From IMG/VR virus record IMGVR_UViG_3300007734_000756: a stretch of 61,810 nucleotides of DNA; one strand, given 5' to 3'. The DNA is from an uncultured virus (IMG/VR IMGVR_UViG_3300007734_000756). Taxonomy: Duplodnaviria; Heunggongvirae; Uroviricota; Caudoviricetes. Of the stretch, positions 36,601-47,255 are shown one piece after another. The notes under the pieces were generated by a model, which saw only the letters and a list, made by a program, of their open reading frames with translations, did no database searches and had not been told where the DNA came from. The stretch's first letter is position 1, and each line of letters begins with the position of its first letter. Made by a program: the position numbers and the translations under genes.

Positions 36601-39600
36601 GCACAAACTCTTTGAGCCACTGCTGCAGCCTGGAGATCAGAGAGTCACCGTAGGCAAACCGGTTCTGAACAATTCTTGAACCGTTAACAGCCCAGAACTC
36701 AGACGGGTTGATGTACTGGTAGTAATCCGCCGGTACATCACCGTTCTTGATCATCTCCTTCGCCGTTGCCAGCAACTGATCAGGTGCAACCTCTGGTGAA
36801 CCAAAATGATACTGAGTCAACAACTCAAAGTATTGCTGTTCGCTTTCTGTCGTAGCCCGACGCGCAGCCGCGGTCAATTGCATCAGCCACTCAGTACCGA
36901 TTGCAGACTGAATGTCAGACGGCATCATCCGCTCAAGGTGATGCAGGATCTCGTGAACAGCCGTGTCGGCTTGCTCAACTTGCGGAACTAAACGAATGAT
37001 CTGGTCAATACTGTTGTACTCACCAGCAACACCCGCTTCTGCCTTGGTGCTGATGCTGATACCAAGCTGATCAACCAGCGCCGGATTCTGGCCAATAAAC
37101 CAAAGAGCAAGTTCAACGCCTTTGTCCGACAGCAGACCTTGACGCCGAGCACGGAGTAGACGTTCGCGGATGTAGTCAGCACCGCGTACCCGTTCGCCTG
37201 CTGCAGGTTTCTCAACTTGTGCGGCTTTATCAAGAGCAGTCTTCACGCCCTCGATAAACGCGGTATCACCGATTACGCCATCGGTATGCTGCTTGTTGAG
37301 AAACTTGATGCGACGTTTAGTCTGAACAGGCGCAGCTTTAGTAACCGACTGGATTGGGACAACAGACTGCAGCGGCGGATTGCTGGGCTTGTTCCGAGCA
37401 TCGATGATGTTCTTGGTATTCCGGTCACGTACATCTGCGACCAATTCCAAGTCGTACCCAGAACTACTAAGCACTTTGATAAGCAATTCTGTCGCGTCAG
37501 CCGCCGGAACTGCATTTGCCCGCATCTTATTGCCAGCAGAGGTAAAGGTAATGTTTTTTGTTTGTTTATGAATCTTGCCGCCTGTACCACCCTTACTGAC
37601 TTCAATCGTGTAGTACTGCGGAGTAATAGGATTGCGCTTAAGCTTAAACGTCTCGCCCATGCGCAACTTGTCTACAACCGTACCCCCCAGTTCAGCCAGT
37701 TCCAGAGCAGCCTGGGGTGAAGTAATAGCTGCCGCCTGTTGGGAAACTAATTTCTTGTAATCAAAACCGACCGGCATCAGGAAACCTTGCAGCAGGTTGC
37801 CCTGATTGTCTGTGTAACTAATTAAGTTTCCACCACCTGCAGCTTGTTTGCCGCGGAGCAGATTACCAGTGATGATGTACCGCTTCTCACGAGTCCCAAT
37901 TTGGCCACGGTCGAATGCCTGAGTGATGGGGATATCTTCGATAGAACCATTCTCAGTTGGAACGCCCATCGTTGTTGCGGGGCTCCAAACGATCTTATCT
38001 GCTTGGGCTGTTTCTGCTTCATTAGTGTTGGCTAACTGACTAAGACGCAACGTCATTGTTTGAGCCGCACCATTCACTAGTGCAAACCTGACTTCCCAGT
38101 CACTTAGTGACGCAGCAGACTTTGTACGGCCCTTTTTCTTAACGTCTATTACAACGCCATACAACACACCATCTTTGCTGCTAAGACTCACAATCTCCGA
38201 AATGCGTGGCAAACGTTTACGCACAATACTAATTGCGGCTTCCATCGCCGTGGTTTGCCTGTTGACAATTTCACGTTGCTCATCTGTTGCGTCTTTCGGC
38301 AAAGACTGAATGAGCTTTTGAATTTCTTCATCAACAGCATCTTTAAAACCTTGTGCTTGCTGATTACGCTTCGCTTCGGGCTTAGATCCGTCAAGTCCTT
38401 TAAGTGCTAACTCTCGGACCTGATCAAGCTTCAAAGGTTTGGTCAGTCGTTTAGCATCAACAACCTGAAGTACAACCGGCGCAGTAAACGGACTATCAGT
38501 GCCAGGATCTTGGGGCTGAAGCTCAAACGTTTCCACAACCCGAGCATCCAACTGTTTAACCTGAGCCTCGAGATCGTTCTGACCCAGAGACTCGATCAAC
38601 GCAATTTGATTGTTGTATTCCTCAATCAAGGTTTTGTAGAGCGCAGACTGTTCTGCAAGGGGAAGCAGACCAATGCGGCCCGTCACCTTGGCCATCGCTC
38701 CTTCTATTCTGGGATTCTGATCCTGATCAAACTTAATCGGGAAGCCCAATGTCGCGTTAAGCTCAGACCCTCCAACAACCTCAGCCGCTACACGATCCCC
38801 GTACTTGTTCATAAAGTCCGGCGTCTTCACGTCTTGAGTAGCAGTCTTCCTGCCGGCGGTGGTGTTAGCACTTAGTGCTGCCATCTTGTTAGCCAGCACA
38901 GCGGCTGGGCGAAGCTCGATAGGCACATTTGCCGACAGTTGGATGTAGTACGGCAGGCCAAACGTAGCAGGCTTACCTTCGGGCGAACGACCATCTTCGG
39001 TCACTTGGCCAGTGCGATTAATCCTACCCAGCATCTGAACGTGATTGTTGATGTCTGGCTCAGCCTGCGCCAGGATCATCACGCGCCGACGCTGATCAGC
39101 AAACTTCTCCGACGCATGCATCGACAGGCCAGTAGACCCGGACCTGTTGATGATTAGCGCATCAATCTGACCTTCGTTGAACTTGGAGATAGTGTTCTTT
39201 TTGCCAGCGGTATTGAGTTCTGATCTGTTCCTGGGCGTTAATCTAGCTACCCCGTCTTTAGTCGAAACAACAGTGTTACGACCAGTAATCTCACCAATCG
39301 AATACCCAGCCGCTTCGATACGTTCTTTGATGGCATCAATCGGCGAGATAGGGATGTCTAGTGTCCGGCCCATCGCCCGAATGAAATCTAGCGTATCTTC
39401 ATATGCCGACAGCGCCTCATCGCCAAGCTCATCATCTGTGAGGTAGTGAGGTAACTTGCGACCGTCAGGATAGGAAATCTTAACTGTTCGCACTTTCTCA
39501 AGGTAACGCTCGAGCACATCGGCAAACGATGCCTCAAGTACATTACCTATCTTAATATTGTTAGCTTCGGCAAAATCCTTAATGAACATTTCCATGGTGT

Positions 39601-42600
39601 TGGAAACCGTAATGACTGGTTTCTCACCACGCTGGATAGCAGCAACAGCTAGGTCTGCTGTTTCTTTAGACTTGAGCGCTAACAAGAACGTACCTAGTAC
39701 GTTGTGCATGACGCTAGTAAAGTTCGTGGCTTCGACTTGAGGCGCGGCTACAGAACCGTCCTCCATCACTTCGCCCTGCGTATCTAGATCCGCCTGCAGG
39801 TTGCGAACGGATTTGGCTTTGAGTTCATCAAATGCCACGATGTCGCGCATCGCAGTAGACAGATCTTCTGCTGCAGCCTGATCTACTTCCACTGTCTCGT
39901 TGGTGTATGAAATGCCAGCAAATGATCGTTCGCGGCGCAGATACTGTGTTGCTTTGACCAGCATCGCAGACACAGCTTGCTGCATCGGGATAGACGACAG
40001 GGCATTGATTAGACGATTGGGCTCCCCTGGGAACGCCATGCCGATATCGGTTTTGTTGTACGCATCCAGCACATCAACGTTCTTGGCAAACGTAGCAGAC
40101 GAGTAAAAGACGCTACCAGCTTTGTCGATGTACTCACGAGCGATATTTCCAAGACCCGTAGCTTGATTAACACCAGATCGTTTACCGATGTTATGAGACT
40201 CATCCATGATTAACATGGCGTTCTCATTAATGAATTGATTTAAGAACTCATGCCGGAAGTAAAGCTCTGGCTTTGGGTACCGCATAAGCCCAGCTTCATC
40301 GCGCTTTGGTTTACCAGAACTCTTAGGATTCATCTGGAAATATGACGTAAAGATCACGTCATAGTTGCCCAGTGACTTGTTATCCATTATCTGCTTGAGC
40401 GCAGCCTCATGCCGTTTGTTATCCGGCGTATCAAGAAACTTGCCGCGGCGCTCAGGAATAGAAGCTCGCAATTCAGCAATTTGTTCTTTTAGTTCTTTTA
40501 CTTCTTCATCAGTTGACGAATTAATAAATTTAGTAAGCGCAGTGTCTCGTTCTTGTCCTTCTAGTTTTGTAAATTTTTCGCCTAATTGAATACTTGCAAT
40601 ATCAGCCGCTACTTCACGCACTTCTGTGATGTCGGCCTCAATCTCTTGTTTCTCGCCATACCATTGCAACGCTTCGGCATCTAATGGCACAGACTTGTTG
40701 TTATCCGTCATCAGCGGACGGACATCAGTCATTCCGATGTCATGCAGGTCGCGCATGATGTCGCCATACAAATCTGCCATCTGTGTAACAAACACAGGAA
40801 CCTTCTTGTTCAACATGGCATAGCGGATCATGCCTGCCACAACACGGCCTTTGCCAATACCGGTCTGATCTCCAATGATGAATCCGCGATTAGATTCAAT
40901 GTTGTAGATCGACAGAGCAAGAGCCTCTACCTGCTCAGCAGAGAAAGCTTGTGCAAACTGTTCCGGCGTGTACTGCAGTTTGTTCTGCACGTACTGATCA
41001 ATGTCGCCGACCTTCTCACGCAACTTGGCAAACGCATCTTCAATAGGCGTGAGGTGGTTGGTAGCAACCAGCGTATTGACTGATTTGTTACCAGAGAAGT
41101 TGTTATACGGAACCTGCAGACGCTGTGTCTGCTCTTCCGTCAGTCGTGCTCGAGCCGGCCCCGCAGCAGCGGTTGTATCCACTGGAGCAGGCTCGCTTGG
41201 TTGTACACCTCTTCCGCCTTCGGGTCGTTCTTCTCCAGCACCCTCGGCAGTCCCGGCCCCGGCACCCTCCGCTTCTCCAGTAGGTCTTTCACCACCGGGT
41301 TCTCCGCCAGGAGCAGGAGCGGCACCTCGTCCCTCTCCAGCGGCACCTCCAGCAGGCCCGCTTGGTGCAGCAGGCTCTCCACCTGTTTCAGTTCCCGGTC
41401 GTCTGCCTTCTCCGCCAGCTTCTTCAGCCGCACCTCCAGTTGTAGGCGGTGCTGCTGGGGGTTGAGGCGCAGCCCCTTCGGCCCCTGTATCGCCCCCAGG
41501 AGGCGTCTCTCGTCCCCGGAAGGGCCCCATGTCATTGTTTGTGCCATCCAGAACTCCTCGTAGCTCATCCCAGGTTGTAATCAACCGGGGCAGCGCAGCA
41601 GCAGGCAAGTTGCGTTTAGTTGCATTAGCCTTGCGTCCGTCGATAACAATCATATCAACGGGGTAGGTTGTACCTTGCTTAGCGTATAGATCACCCGCAA
41701 CCGTGAAGTGATCTACAACGTTGTACTCATTGTAGAGTTTGTAGAAAAACTCACGCTTAGACTTGCCCCGATAAGCAGTCCGACGCGAGTCTTCATCCAA
41801 ACGATTTGGTCCGCCGATCAACAGGACAGCACGGCCATCATCCTTCATAGCCGTGAGCGCGTTCAACGCAATCGCGTGATCACGCTGCTTAGTCTCAAAT
41901 CCATCGATGTTATAAGTCTGTTCGCCTTCTCCATACGGAGGGTTAGTCAGTACTACATCTACAGACTTGGGCTGAAATTTCATTGACCCAGCATCTTGCT
42001 GGCTAACTTTGAACCCTTGGGATTCAAGTGCCGCTACTCGGTCAGGATTAATTTCATTGACCGTTGCCTTATCTGCATCGGTAAAAATAAGTAATGCGCC
42101 CTGACCAGCGGTAGGTTCTAAAACTGTGTTGTCAACGTTATCGTAGAGTCCTGATAACTGAATTGCCGCGTGAGCAAGTGGCAACGGTGTGCTGTATGCT
42201 TGATTAGCAATACTGACGCTGTCTCTAACTCCAAGAGTCGGCATCTGCTTGTTATTAAAGTCAACAAGCCGGTTATAAATGTCTTCCGTATATTCTTCTT
42301 TTTCTACCACTTCCCGGCCATACACCACGCCAGCAAGTTCTACAGCCTCGTCTACCAGCTTCGCATCAGGAGTGCCGGGTTCAATCCTACGTCCGAGCAC
42401 ATCACCGGCAGCTCTCCGAGCCTCATTAATGTTGGCAAACCCTTTGCCATCTCGGAAGGTTTGCAGGAACGAATTAGCCAAGCGTACGCGCTCAGGCGCA
42501 GCAGGAGCTTCTGTCTCTGCCAGGATAGCGTCAACGTCTGCAGCTTCGACGGCGGCACTAGAATCCAAACCTTCAAGATCCGCAGCACGGGGATCAAACT

Positions 42601-45298
42601 TCACGCCCATGTACCAGGACTTGAGATACGGCTTAACAATATCTCCAAGGTCTCCGACCATTGCCTTGGCATAAGCAGCAAAAGTCCTGGCACCCTTTTC
42701 AATGTGATAGATGGCCAGCGTAATGCCGTCTTGCACAATCTCAGGATCAATACCGGATCTAAGAGTGCCGCCACTTAGTTTGCGACGCAACCGTTCTCTG
42801 GCTTGTGCTGCGGCTTCCTCACTGACTATCTTGTTAGCCCCAACCTCAACCTTGGGCTTTTGTGGAGGTTCAACAGTGGGAGGTTTAGGCGGAGTAGCCG
42901 GAGGTTGTGTAGGCGTAGTAGAAGTGCCAGAAGGTGTTGGCTGTGCAACTCCCCCTTTAGGCTGATAACCTTTCCCACCTTTTAGCCACGACTCAGAGGG
43001 ATAAGAACTAAACGGCGGCTGGGACAACCAATTTTCTAACCTACTGCGTCTGCCAAACAATTCTTCTATAGCCTGACCCGACCCGCCAGCTTGTTGCAAT
43101 GCATCAATTTGCGAAGACAAGGAATCAAGTTCTTCGCTAGCGCGCTTAACATTATTGGCTTCTTTTTGAGTGCCAAACGTTTGCGCCCAATTTCCATTAA
43201 TTAAGAATTGCCACCCATCAGGTACATCTACACCGTTTTCATCTCTAAATGCTTGTTCAACAGTGTATTTAGACGGAGCTGTAGGGGCAGGCTCAGTTAC
43301 GCCTGCCGGCGCTTGCGGTGGCGGAGTTGCCGTTTCACCAGAAGACGGTTGACGCGGCGGTAACTTACTGACTTGCGATTCATATTGCTGTCGGGCCTGT
43401 TGTTCACTAGGCCACAGCGTCATCTCAGGCAAGTACTGTTTAGCGTCCTGGTCATAGACGCCAACACCAAACATGCCTGACTTGTTCTTAAACAAGCGAA
43501 GTTCAGTGTTCTCTCCGCTAGGCGTAGCTGACAAAATCTCTGCAGATGCATATTGCCGTTTCTGCAGTTCCGTTCTCAAATCAACATCTGGGAACAACGC
43601 AGCAAATTTTTTTGTTTCCTCACGAACAGCTCGATCAGAAGAACTAAAATTATTGTCAATCAACTGCTGTTCTTGTGCCGCTAAAGATTCCCATTCAGCG
43701 CGTTTAGCCGATCCTTCCGGAGGAATGCGACCTTTAGCATCAAGTAATGCTCGTTTCTTTTCTCGGAGAGCCTGTACTTCTTGGACCACAGCATCACGTT
43801 GCTGCTGAGCGTCTTGCACGGCCTGTAAACTTTGCTCGAGCGTAGGCTTCTCTGCCGGAACTTTCTTTGTTTCTTCAACCGGGGGCGTGACCGTGGGCGG
43901 AGCAGTAACCGGTGGCGCTCCTGTGGGCGGAGCGGCAGGCGCGGCAAACTTGGCCTTAAGTAGCTGGTATACCTGATCTTCCGTAGAGCCCAGCATCTGC
44001 GGTTCTTGATCCGGCGTACCCTGTACTTTTTCTTGCAAACGTCGGAACAACTCGCGCTGCTGATCTTCCGGCAACTGGTTGACCATAGTTTGCACAGCCG
44101 CGCCAGCAGAAGGCGGTGAAGGCGGTGAAGGCGGTGCGACCCCGGACGGAGGAGCTATCGGACCAGCGGGGGGAGCGCCAGGGGTGGCAACGTTGCCACC
44201 CTCCGGGGGTGCCTCAGCCGCAGGAGCCCCGCGTAACAGTCCAAATACACCACCCAAAGTACCGCCACCGATAGCAGCCATGGCCGCGGTAGCACCCAAC
44301 CCGGCAGTAAGTGACTGCTCCGGCTTGATGGTCTGCATGGCGATGTTACTGGCAAGTTTGCCACCCACCTCCTCGACCATCTCACTAGCCGACTCACCCA
44401 GCAAACCAGTAATGCCGCGACCCAAGCGGGTCGATTCGAGCTGGGACATAAATCGTTGTCCAGCCCCGGTCTCGGCAGCTTCTCGTACAGACTTAGCCAC
44501 CGGCATTCTGGCCATCGTCTGTTCAATCGTACGCGCGCCCGGTAGTCTCTGCGCCAGGGTGGAAATCACCAACGCTGACGCGCCCACTGCTCGAGCGCGA
44601 TCCAACGCGGTTTGTTTGGCTACGTCAGGATCAATCCCTTGTTGTACAAGTTCTTTGTACATTTCTTCAAAGGATTGAGCACCAACATCAGCGCCCTGCT
44701 GAATAGCGCCAGCACCAATAGCCGCCGCGGTACCGGTACGGGCAGCAATCTCGGCACCCTCTTGAAGACTCCTGCCGGCCATCGCGGCTCTGGCTGCACC
44801 CGCCGCTGTGCCTAGTTTTGCAGCACCAAACGGTACTACTAACTGCGGGATCTGCTCAGTTAAAAACGTACTAATCAGCGCTGGATCTTTAACCGTTTCC
44901 CCGAATGCCACGCCAAACGCAGGCAGTTGGCCACCCGCTCGTTCTGCCTCTTCAATCTTCCTGGCGCGTTCATATTCACGGGCTACCAAACCGGGCGATT
45001 TAAGCCCCTGGCCAGTCTTCTTAATACGCTCGCCAAGTTGGAATAGTCCTGTCTCAGTGTCGCCAGTTCCTAGCGCATATAGCTGGGCGGGAAACTGAAC
45101 CAAGGCCCCAAGGCCGGAGGTAAGTGCAGCGCCAGGATCGCGCAGGAAGGCTTCGCCAACGGTACGTTCTTTGGCTTTTTCTCTGACCGACGCGCCTTGC
45201 TCTGCGATAGCCTGCTGCAAGACTGACTGTGGTGTGCCTTCCGGCGCTTCAATTGAATACGTATATCCATCAGGACCGCGTACCTGGAAGGTCGGCAT
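33650..45298 (-). CDS. Giant polyvalent (DarB-like) injected protein: N6-adenine methyltransferase, Strawberry-notch SF2 helicase, zincin metallopeptidase, LPD38
   Basis: VLEPTAGQGALL and NPPY (MTase); GDQTGIGKGR, DESHN, SSATF, QMLGRINRTGQ (SNO helicase); AVHEILHH (HExxH); RIPKPFEIG...NKDSFTGAPI (LPD38-like). Confidence 0.85.
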   Translation of the reverse strand: MPTFQVRGPDGYTYSIEAPEGTPQSVLQQAIAEQGASVREKAKERTVGEAFLRDPGAALTSGLGALVQFPAQLYALGTGDTETGLFQLGERIKKTGQGLKSPGLVAREYERARKIEEAERAGGQLPAFGVAFGETVKDPALISTFLTEQIPQLVVPFGAAKLGTAAGAARAAMAGRSLQEGAEIAARTGTAAAIGAGAIQQGADVGAQSFEEMYKELVQQGIDPDVAKQTALDRARAVGASALVISTLAQRLPGARTIEQTMARMPVAKSVREAAETGAGQRFMSQLESTRLGRGITGLLGESASEMVEEVGGKLASNIAMQTIKPEQSLTAGLGATAAMAAIGGGTLGGVFGLLRGAPAAEAPPEGGNVATPGAPPAGPIAPPSGVAPPSPPSPPSAGAAVQTMVNQLPEDQQRELFRRLQEKVQGTPDQEPQMLGSTEDQVYQLLKAKFAAPAAPPTGAPPVTAPPTVTPPVEETKKVPAEKPTLEQSLQAVQDAQQQRDAVVQEVQALREKKRALLDAKGRIPPEGSAKRAEWESLAAQEQQLIDNNFSSSDRAVREETKKFAALFPDVDLRTELQKRQYASAEILSATPSGENTELRLFKNKSGMFGVGVYDQDAKQYLPEMTLWPSEQQARQQYESQVSKLPPRQPSSGETATPPPQAPAGVTEPAPTAPSKYTVEQAFRDENGVDVPDGWQFLINGNWAQTFGTQKEANNVKRASEELDSLSSQIDALQQAGGSGQAIEELFGRRSRLENWLSQPPFSSYPSESWLKGGKGYQPKGGVAQPTPSGTSTTPTQPPATPPKPPTVEPPQKPKVEVGANKIVSEEAAAQARERLRRKLSGGTLRSGIDPEIVQDGITLAIYHIEKGARTFAAYAKAMVGDLGDIVKPYLKSWYMGVKFDPRAADLEGLDSSAAVEAADVDAILAETEAPAAPERVRLANSFLQTFRDGKGFANINEARRAAGDVLGRRIEPGTPDAKLVDEAVELAGVVYGREVVEKEEYTEDIYNRLVDFNNKQMPTLGVRDSVSIANQAYSTPLPLAHAAIQLSGLYDNVDNTVLEPTAGQGALLIFTDADKATVNEINPDRVAALESQGFKVSQQDAGSMKFQPKSVDVVLTNPPYGEGEQTYNIDGFETKQRDHAIALNALTAMKDDGRAVLLIGGPNRLDEDSRRTAYRGKSKREFFYKLYNEYNVVDHFTVAGDLYAKQGTTYPVDMIVIDGRKANATKRNLPAAALPRLITTWDELRGVLDGTNNDMGPFRGRETPPGGDTGAEGAAPQPPAAPPTTGGAAEEAGGEGRRPGTETGGEPAAPSGPAGGAAGEGRGAAPAPGGEPGGERPTGEAEGAGAGTAEGAGEERPEGGRGVQPSEPAPVDTTAAAGPARARLTEEQTQRLQVPYNNFSGNKSVNTLVATNHLTPIEDAFAKLREKVGDIDQYVQNKLQYTPEQFAQAFSAEQVEALALSIYNIESNRGFIIGDQTGIGKGRVVAGMIRYAMLNKKVPVFVTQMADLYGDIMRDLHDIGMTDVRPLMTDNNKSVPLDAEALQWYGEKQEIEADITEVREVAADIASIQLGEKFTKLEGQERDTALTKFINSSTDEEVKELKEQIAELRASIPERRGKFLDTPDNKRHEAALKQIMDNKSLGNYDVIFTSYFQMNPKSSGKPKRDEAGLMRYPKPELYFRHEFLNQFINENAMLIMDESHNIGKRSGVNQATGLGNIAREYIDKAGSVFYSSATFAKNVDVLDAYNKTDIGMAFPGEPNRLINALSSIPMQQAVSAMLVKATQYLRRERSFAGISYTNETVEVDQAAAEDLSTAMRDIVAFDELKAKSVRNLQADLDTQGEVMEDGSVAAPQVEATNFTSVMHNVLGTFLLALKSKETADLAVAAIQRGEKPVITVSNTMEMFIKDFAEANNIKIGNVLEASFADVLERYLEKVRTVKISYPDGRKLPHYLTDDELGDEALSAYEDTLDFIRAMGRTLDIPISPIDAIKERIEAAGYSIGEITGRNTVVSTKDGVARLTPRNRSELNTAGKKNTISKFNEGQIDALIINRSGSTGLSMHASEKFADQRRRVMILAQAEPDINNHVQMLGRINRTGQVTEDGRSPEGKPATFGLPYYIQLSANVPIELRPAAVLANKMAALSANTTAGRKTATQDVKTPDFMNKYGDRVAAEVVGGSELNATLGFPIKFDQDQNPRIEGAMAKVTGRIGLLPLAEQSALYKTLIEEYNNQIALIESLGQNDLEAQVKQLDARVVETFELQPQDPGTDSPFTAPVVLQVVDAKRLTKPLKLDQVRELALKGLDGSKPEAKRNQQAQGFKDAVDEEIQKLIQSLPKDATDEQREIVNRQTTAMEAAISIVRKRLPRISEIVSLSSKDGVLYGVVIDVKKKGRTKSAASLSDWEVRFALVNGAAQTMTLRLSQLANTNEAETAQADKIVWSPATTMGVPTENGSIEDIPITQAFDRGQIGTREKRYIITGNLLRGKQAAGGGNLISYTDNQGNLLQGFLMPVGFDYKKLVSQQAAAITSPQAALELAELGGTVVDKLRMGETFKLKRNPITPQYYTIEVSKGGTGGKIHKQTKNITFTSAGNKMRANAVPAADATELLIKVLSSSGYDLELVADVRDRNTKNIIDARNKPSNPPLQSVVPIQSVTKAAPVQTKRRIKFLNKQHTDGVIGDTAFIEGVKTALDKAAQVEKPAAGERVRGADYIRERLLRARRQGLLSDKGVELALWFIGQNPALVDQLGISISTKAEAGVAGEYNSIDQIIRLVPQVEQADTAVHEILHHLERMMPSDIQSAIGTEWLMQLTAAARRATTESEQQYFELLTQYHFGSPEVAPDQLLATAKEMIKNGDVPADYYQYINPSEFWAVNGSRIVQNRFAYGDSLISRLQQWLKEFVQKIKSMFGLPSDATVIRALDSLAKGNGEFQTDTMLFESDIKQSVVPSREKVINTAQEFLQKRKPLNPAEFVGVPEEFLAKAQPIYAPQRATIIDKIAGMRDGFWRRVAQGVADQYRTIKDYSERAYIMARMSRTVDGALEGLLFNGEVFLNDGALDIKPKSQGMMDILKPIGPEVDRFLMWIALNREAQLMKTGRQSKIEGIEDLINERQLLAEGDLNGTPRIELYMKARNELNKLNKSVLSVAMTQGLITSTAREIEKTWQRTDLTDDQKAAKVLDLEMNPVGYERFSNDVWYIPFYREMEDGMLSAAMDSSGLPNQYFSYNIKGGTSPFGDLMENIVRNWSHILSASMKNRAAAETVNAAFAQDAAVPSLKVQYMWQNGKVYLRSSGEMVGDGSLQGWMTERRDGAQSTVKIMLEGIPTYVQIIDPMLFESISSIGYMGPQSKFVSVMKDFKNMLQYGVTLSPAFKVRNLFRDSIQAIALAGGDMKWNPVTNVYEGWKGSDKSNPRFLSALAGGAIFNFGSIYEGDQARLVKRLIKQGVNPDTILTSPGQVTEKLLAAWNKYQEWGNKSEAANRIALYNQLREQGKDHLTASFMARDLLDFSMQGSWPAVRFLAQTVPFFNARVQGLYKLGRDGISPTVRVFYNTVTGEPIEQDDKKKATAFTTVTSAVVLASLALYFAGKDDEEFKKRDAWDRDNFWWFKLPGMEYALRIPKPFEIGAFGTIAERVAEQIFDEEAEGKQFENTLRRMISDTFSLNPMPQMFKPLVDLYSNKDSFTGAPIESAGMERLSKEERKTDNTSPLAMAVSGISNLFLPTKAEMSPVQAEYAIKAYFGWLGGTIAWASKHAMSPFNEGAYPSEKWVDIASVGFIKSLPATQSEYVTSFYENAKGISEAFADMRHYAAIGDSAKVQAILEEKGDKVALAKLYDNTSKQMAKIRQYIRIYTEDTSMSAEDKRENIDRMKLLLIDLAKNAESVRKSMKQ

Positions 45299-45302
45299 AA
45301 GA

Positions 45303-47246
45303 TTACCTCGGAGCAGTAGCGCCTGTTACTGTAACACCTTGGGACCGCGCAGATCCAGTTGTTGCGGGAGGCGGCGTGGTTGTTCTTCCGGAACGAGCAC
45401 GTAATTCCGCAATTTGCCGATCCAATCCTTGTAAAATTTCTCTATCCGCTTTGAGAGCGTTTTCGTATTCTTCAACCAATCGTTTTTCTTGGTTACTGCG
45501 TTTGTCGGCAGCTTTGCCCAAAGCAGAATTCAAGAGCGGATTTTCACGCGCTTTAGCAGAGTTATCAGAAATCTTTTCAGCAATTCGCGCGCGTTCACCT
45601 ACTGCTTGATTAAGTAATTGCTCAATCGAACCCGATTCCCTAGCGCCAGCCCCAATCTGAGCAACAGCAATCTGAGCAATACGATTAAGATCGTCGCGAC
45701 TAATTTCATACCCAAGCTGCGCGGCCCTAGTCTGTACCTCTGCTTGAATCTTGTTAAGATCAGAACCATACCGCTGCAATGCACCCAACGCGGCTGCTGC
45801 CAATTCGCTATCAATTTTTCGATCAGCAATGTCAGTCTGCGACTCAATCTGCGCAGCGACTTCTGCGACCTTAGCTCCAAGTTCCAGACCTCTTTGACGA
45901 GCTTGGAACGCGGCCCGTTGTTCTTCTACGTCACGGCCACGCATAGCCTGACGACCAGCCTGCATATCTTTCAAAGCTTGCAGACCAAACGCTTCATTTG
46001 CTGCACGAGCACGATTAGCAGATTCTGCTGCTCCGCCTAGTACGCTGCCAATCCCCCGCCGGCCAGCACCACCAGCCAGGAACGCAATCAGACTATCCAG
46101 CCGCTGTTTCTCCGGATCCATCATCTGCGCATATCGCTGCTCCAAACGAGCCTGCTCTGCTTCAGCTTGGCGACGCGCTTCTGGCGATTCCTTGGGAAAC
46201 GTAGTGCCAAGATTTTCAACTTCACCACGCAGCCTAGCAAGCTCAGCCATCTGTGGTTGATCTCGAGACGCACGACTTCTCAAAAGACTGGTGCGCATCT
46301 CACCTTGAAGTTGACGCATCAAAGCATCGTTACTTGGCGGCATAGCGCCGGCTAAGGCACTTGCAATCCCAGTTCCTACGGCAGAAGGGGTACGCAGATC
46401 TGGCGCAGCAGCAGCGCCTGTGTCTCTAGGCGGAGGTGGCGCGGCATCCTGTGTGCGCGGAGGAATTGTAGCGCCGTTCGGCGCAAACGCCGCTTCAAGA
46501 TCTGCTGCCGGAGTAGCCCTAACTTCTTGTCGAGCGATGCCCGCGGCTACCTGTTTTAACGGGTCATCGAGATCAGCGGTTGATTGCGGGACAGGGCGCG
46601 ACGGCGCAGGAGGGGCATATTGTCGAGCCACACTACGACCAGCCTCTACTGCACGTTGTTGTTCTTGAGCAGCAAACGCAGCCTGTCTTTGGGCGCGTCC
46701 ACTAACGTCTCTAGCTAAGAATCGTTCAACATCAGGCGACAACGCAACTCGTTGCCCTGAATCCATTTCCGCCATTTCCCGACGAGCTTTTACTTGCAAG
46801 TCTTCAGACATGGTCGGTAACGTTCTATCTGGGATCGGTTGAACTCTTACGTCTGAGCCGGTTTCGCCGTTAAACGCCACAATACCGCCAGCCGCCATAG
46901 CCTGTTGCGGCATAACATTCTGCGCCCCAGGAGCAGCAGCAACTCCGCGACTCATGGCTTGCTGACGCATAGCCTGTTGTTGCTGAAGCGTCTTGCCAAC
47001 CTGTTGAGCTAACTCTTGTTTTGTTAACTCAAACGCTTCCTCTTCCTTCTGATCTTTGATAGTAGGCAAGCCCCCAGGTGGCATGGCCTGAGCCTGCTTC
47101 GCGGCCATCAGTTGGCGCTTCTCTCGCGTTAATTGCTCATACGCGATCAGCTCCAATAGATCGTTACTAAGCTGGACACGTTTGCGTAACTTGTCTTCTT
47201 GCCCGCGGTACGCATCCATTACACGCGAAAGATCCATGTTCAGCAT
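45303..47246 (-). CDS. Internal virion / DNA ejection protein
   Basis: 647 aa, Ala/Gln-rich helical; AMAAGGIVAF motif; located between the pilot gene and the giant gene. Confidence 0.6.
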   Translation of the reverse strand: MLNMDLSRVMDAYRGQEDKLRKRVQLSNDLLELIAYEQLTREKRQLMAAKQAQAMPPGGLPTIKDQKEEEAFELTKQELAQQVGKTLQQQQAMRQQAMSRGVAAAPGAQNVMPQQAMAAGGIVAFNGETGSDVRVQPIPDRTLPTMSEDLQVKARREMAEMDSGQRVALSPDVERFLARDVSGRAQRQAAFAAQEQQRAVEAGRSVARQYAPPAPSRPVPQSTADLDDPLKQVAAGIARQEVRATPAADLEAAFAPNGATIPPRTQDAAPPPPRDTGAAAAPDLRTPSAVGTGIASALAGAMPPSNDALMRQLQGEMRTSLLRSRASRDQPQMAELARLRGEVENLGTTFPKESPEARRQAEAEQARLEQRYAQMMDPEKQRLDSLIAFLAGGAGRRGIGSVLGGAAESANRARAANEAFGLQALKDMQAGRQAMRGRDVEEQRAAFQARQRGLELGAKVAEVAAQIESQTDIADRKIDSELAAAALGALQRYGSDLNKIQAEVQTRAAQLGYEISRDDLNRIAQIAVAQIGAGARESGSIEQLLNQAVGERARIAEKISDNSAKARENPLLNSALGKAADKRSNQEKRLVEEYENALKADREILQGLDRQIAELRARSGRTTTPPPATTGSARSQGVTVTGATAPR

Positions 47247-47255
47247 GGCTAATCC

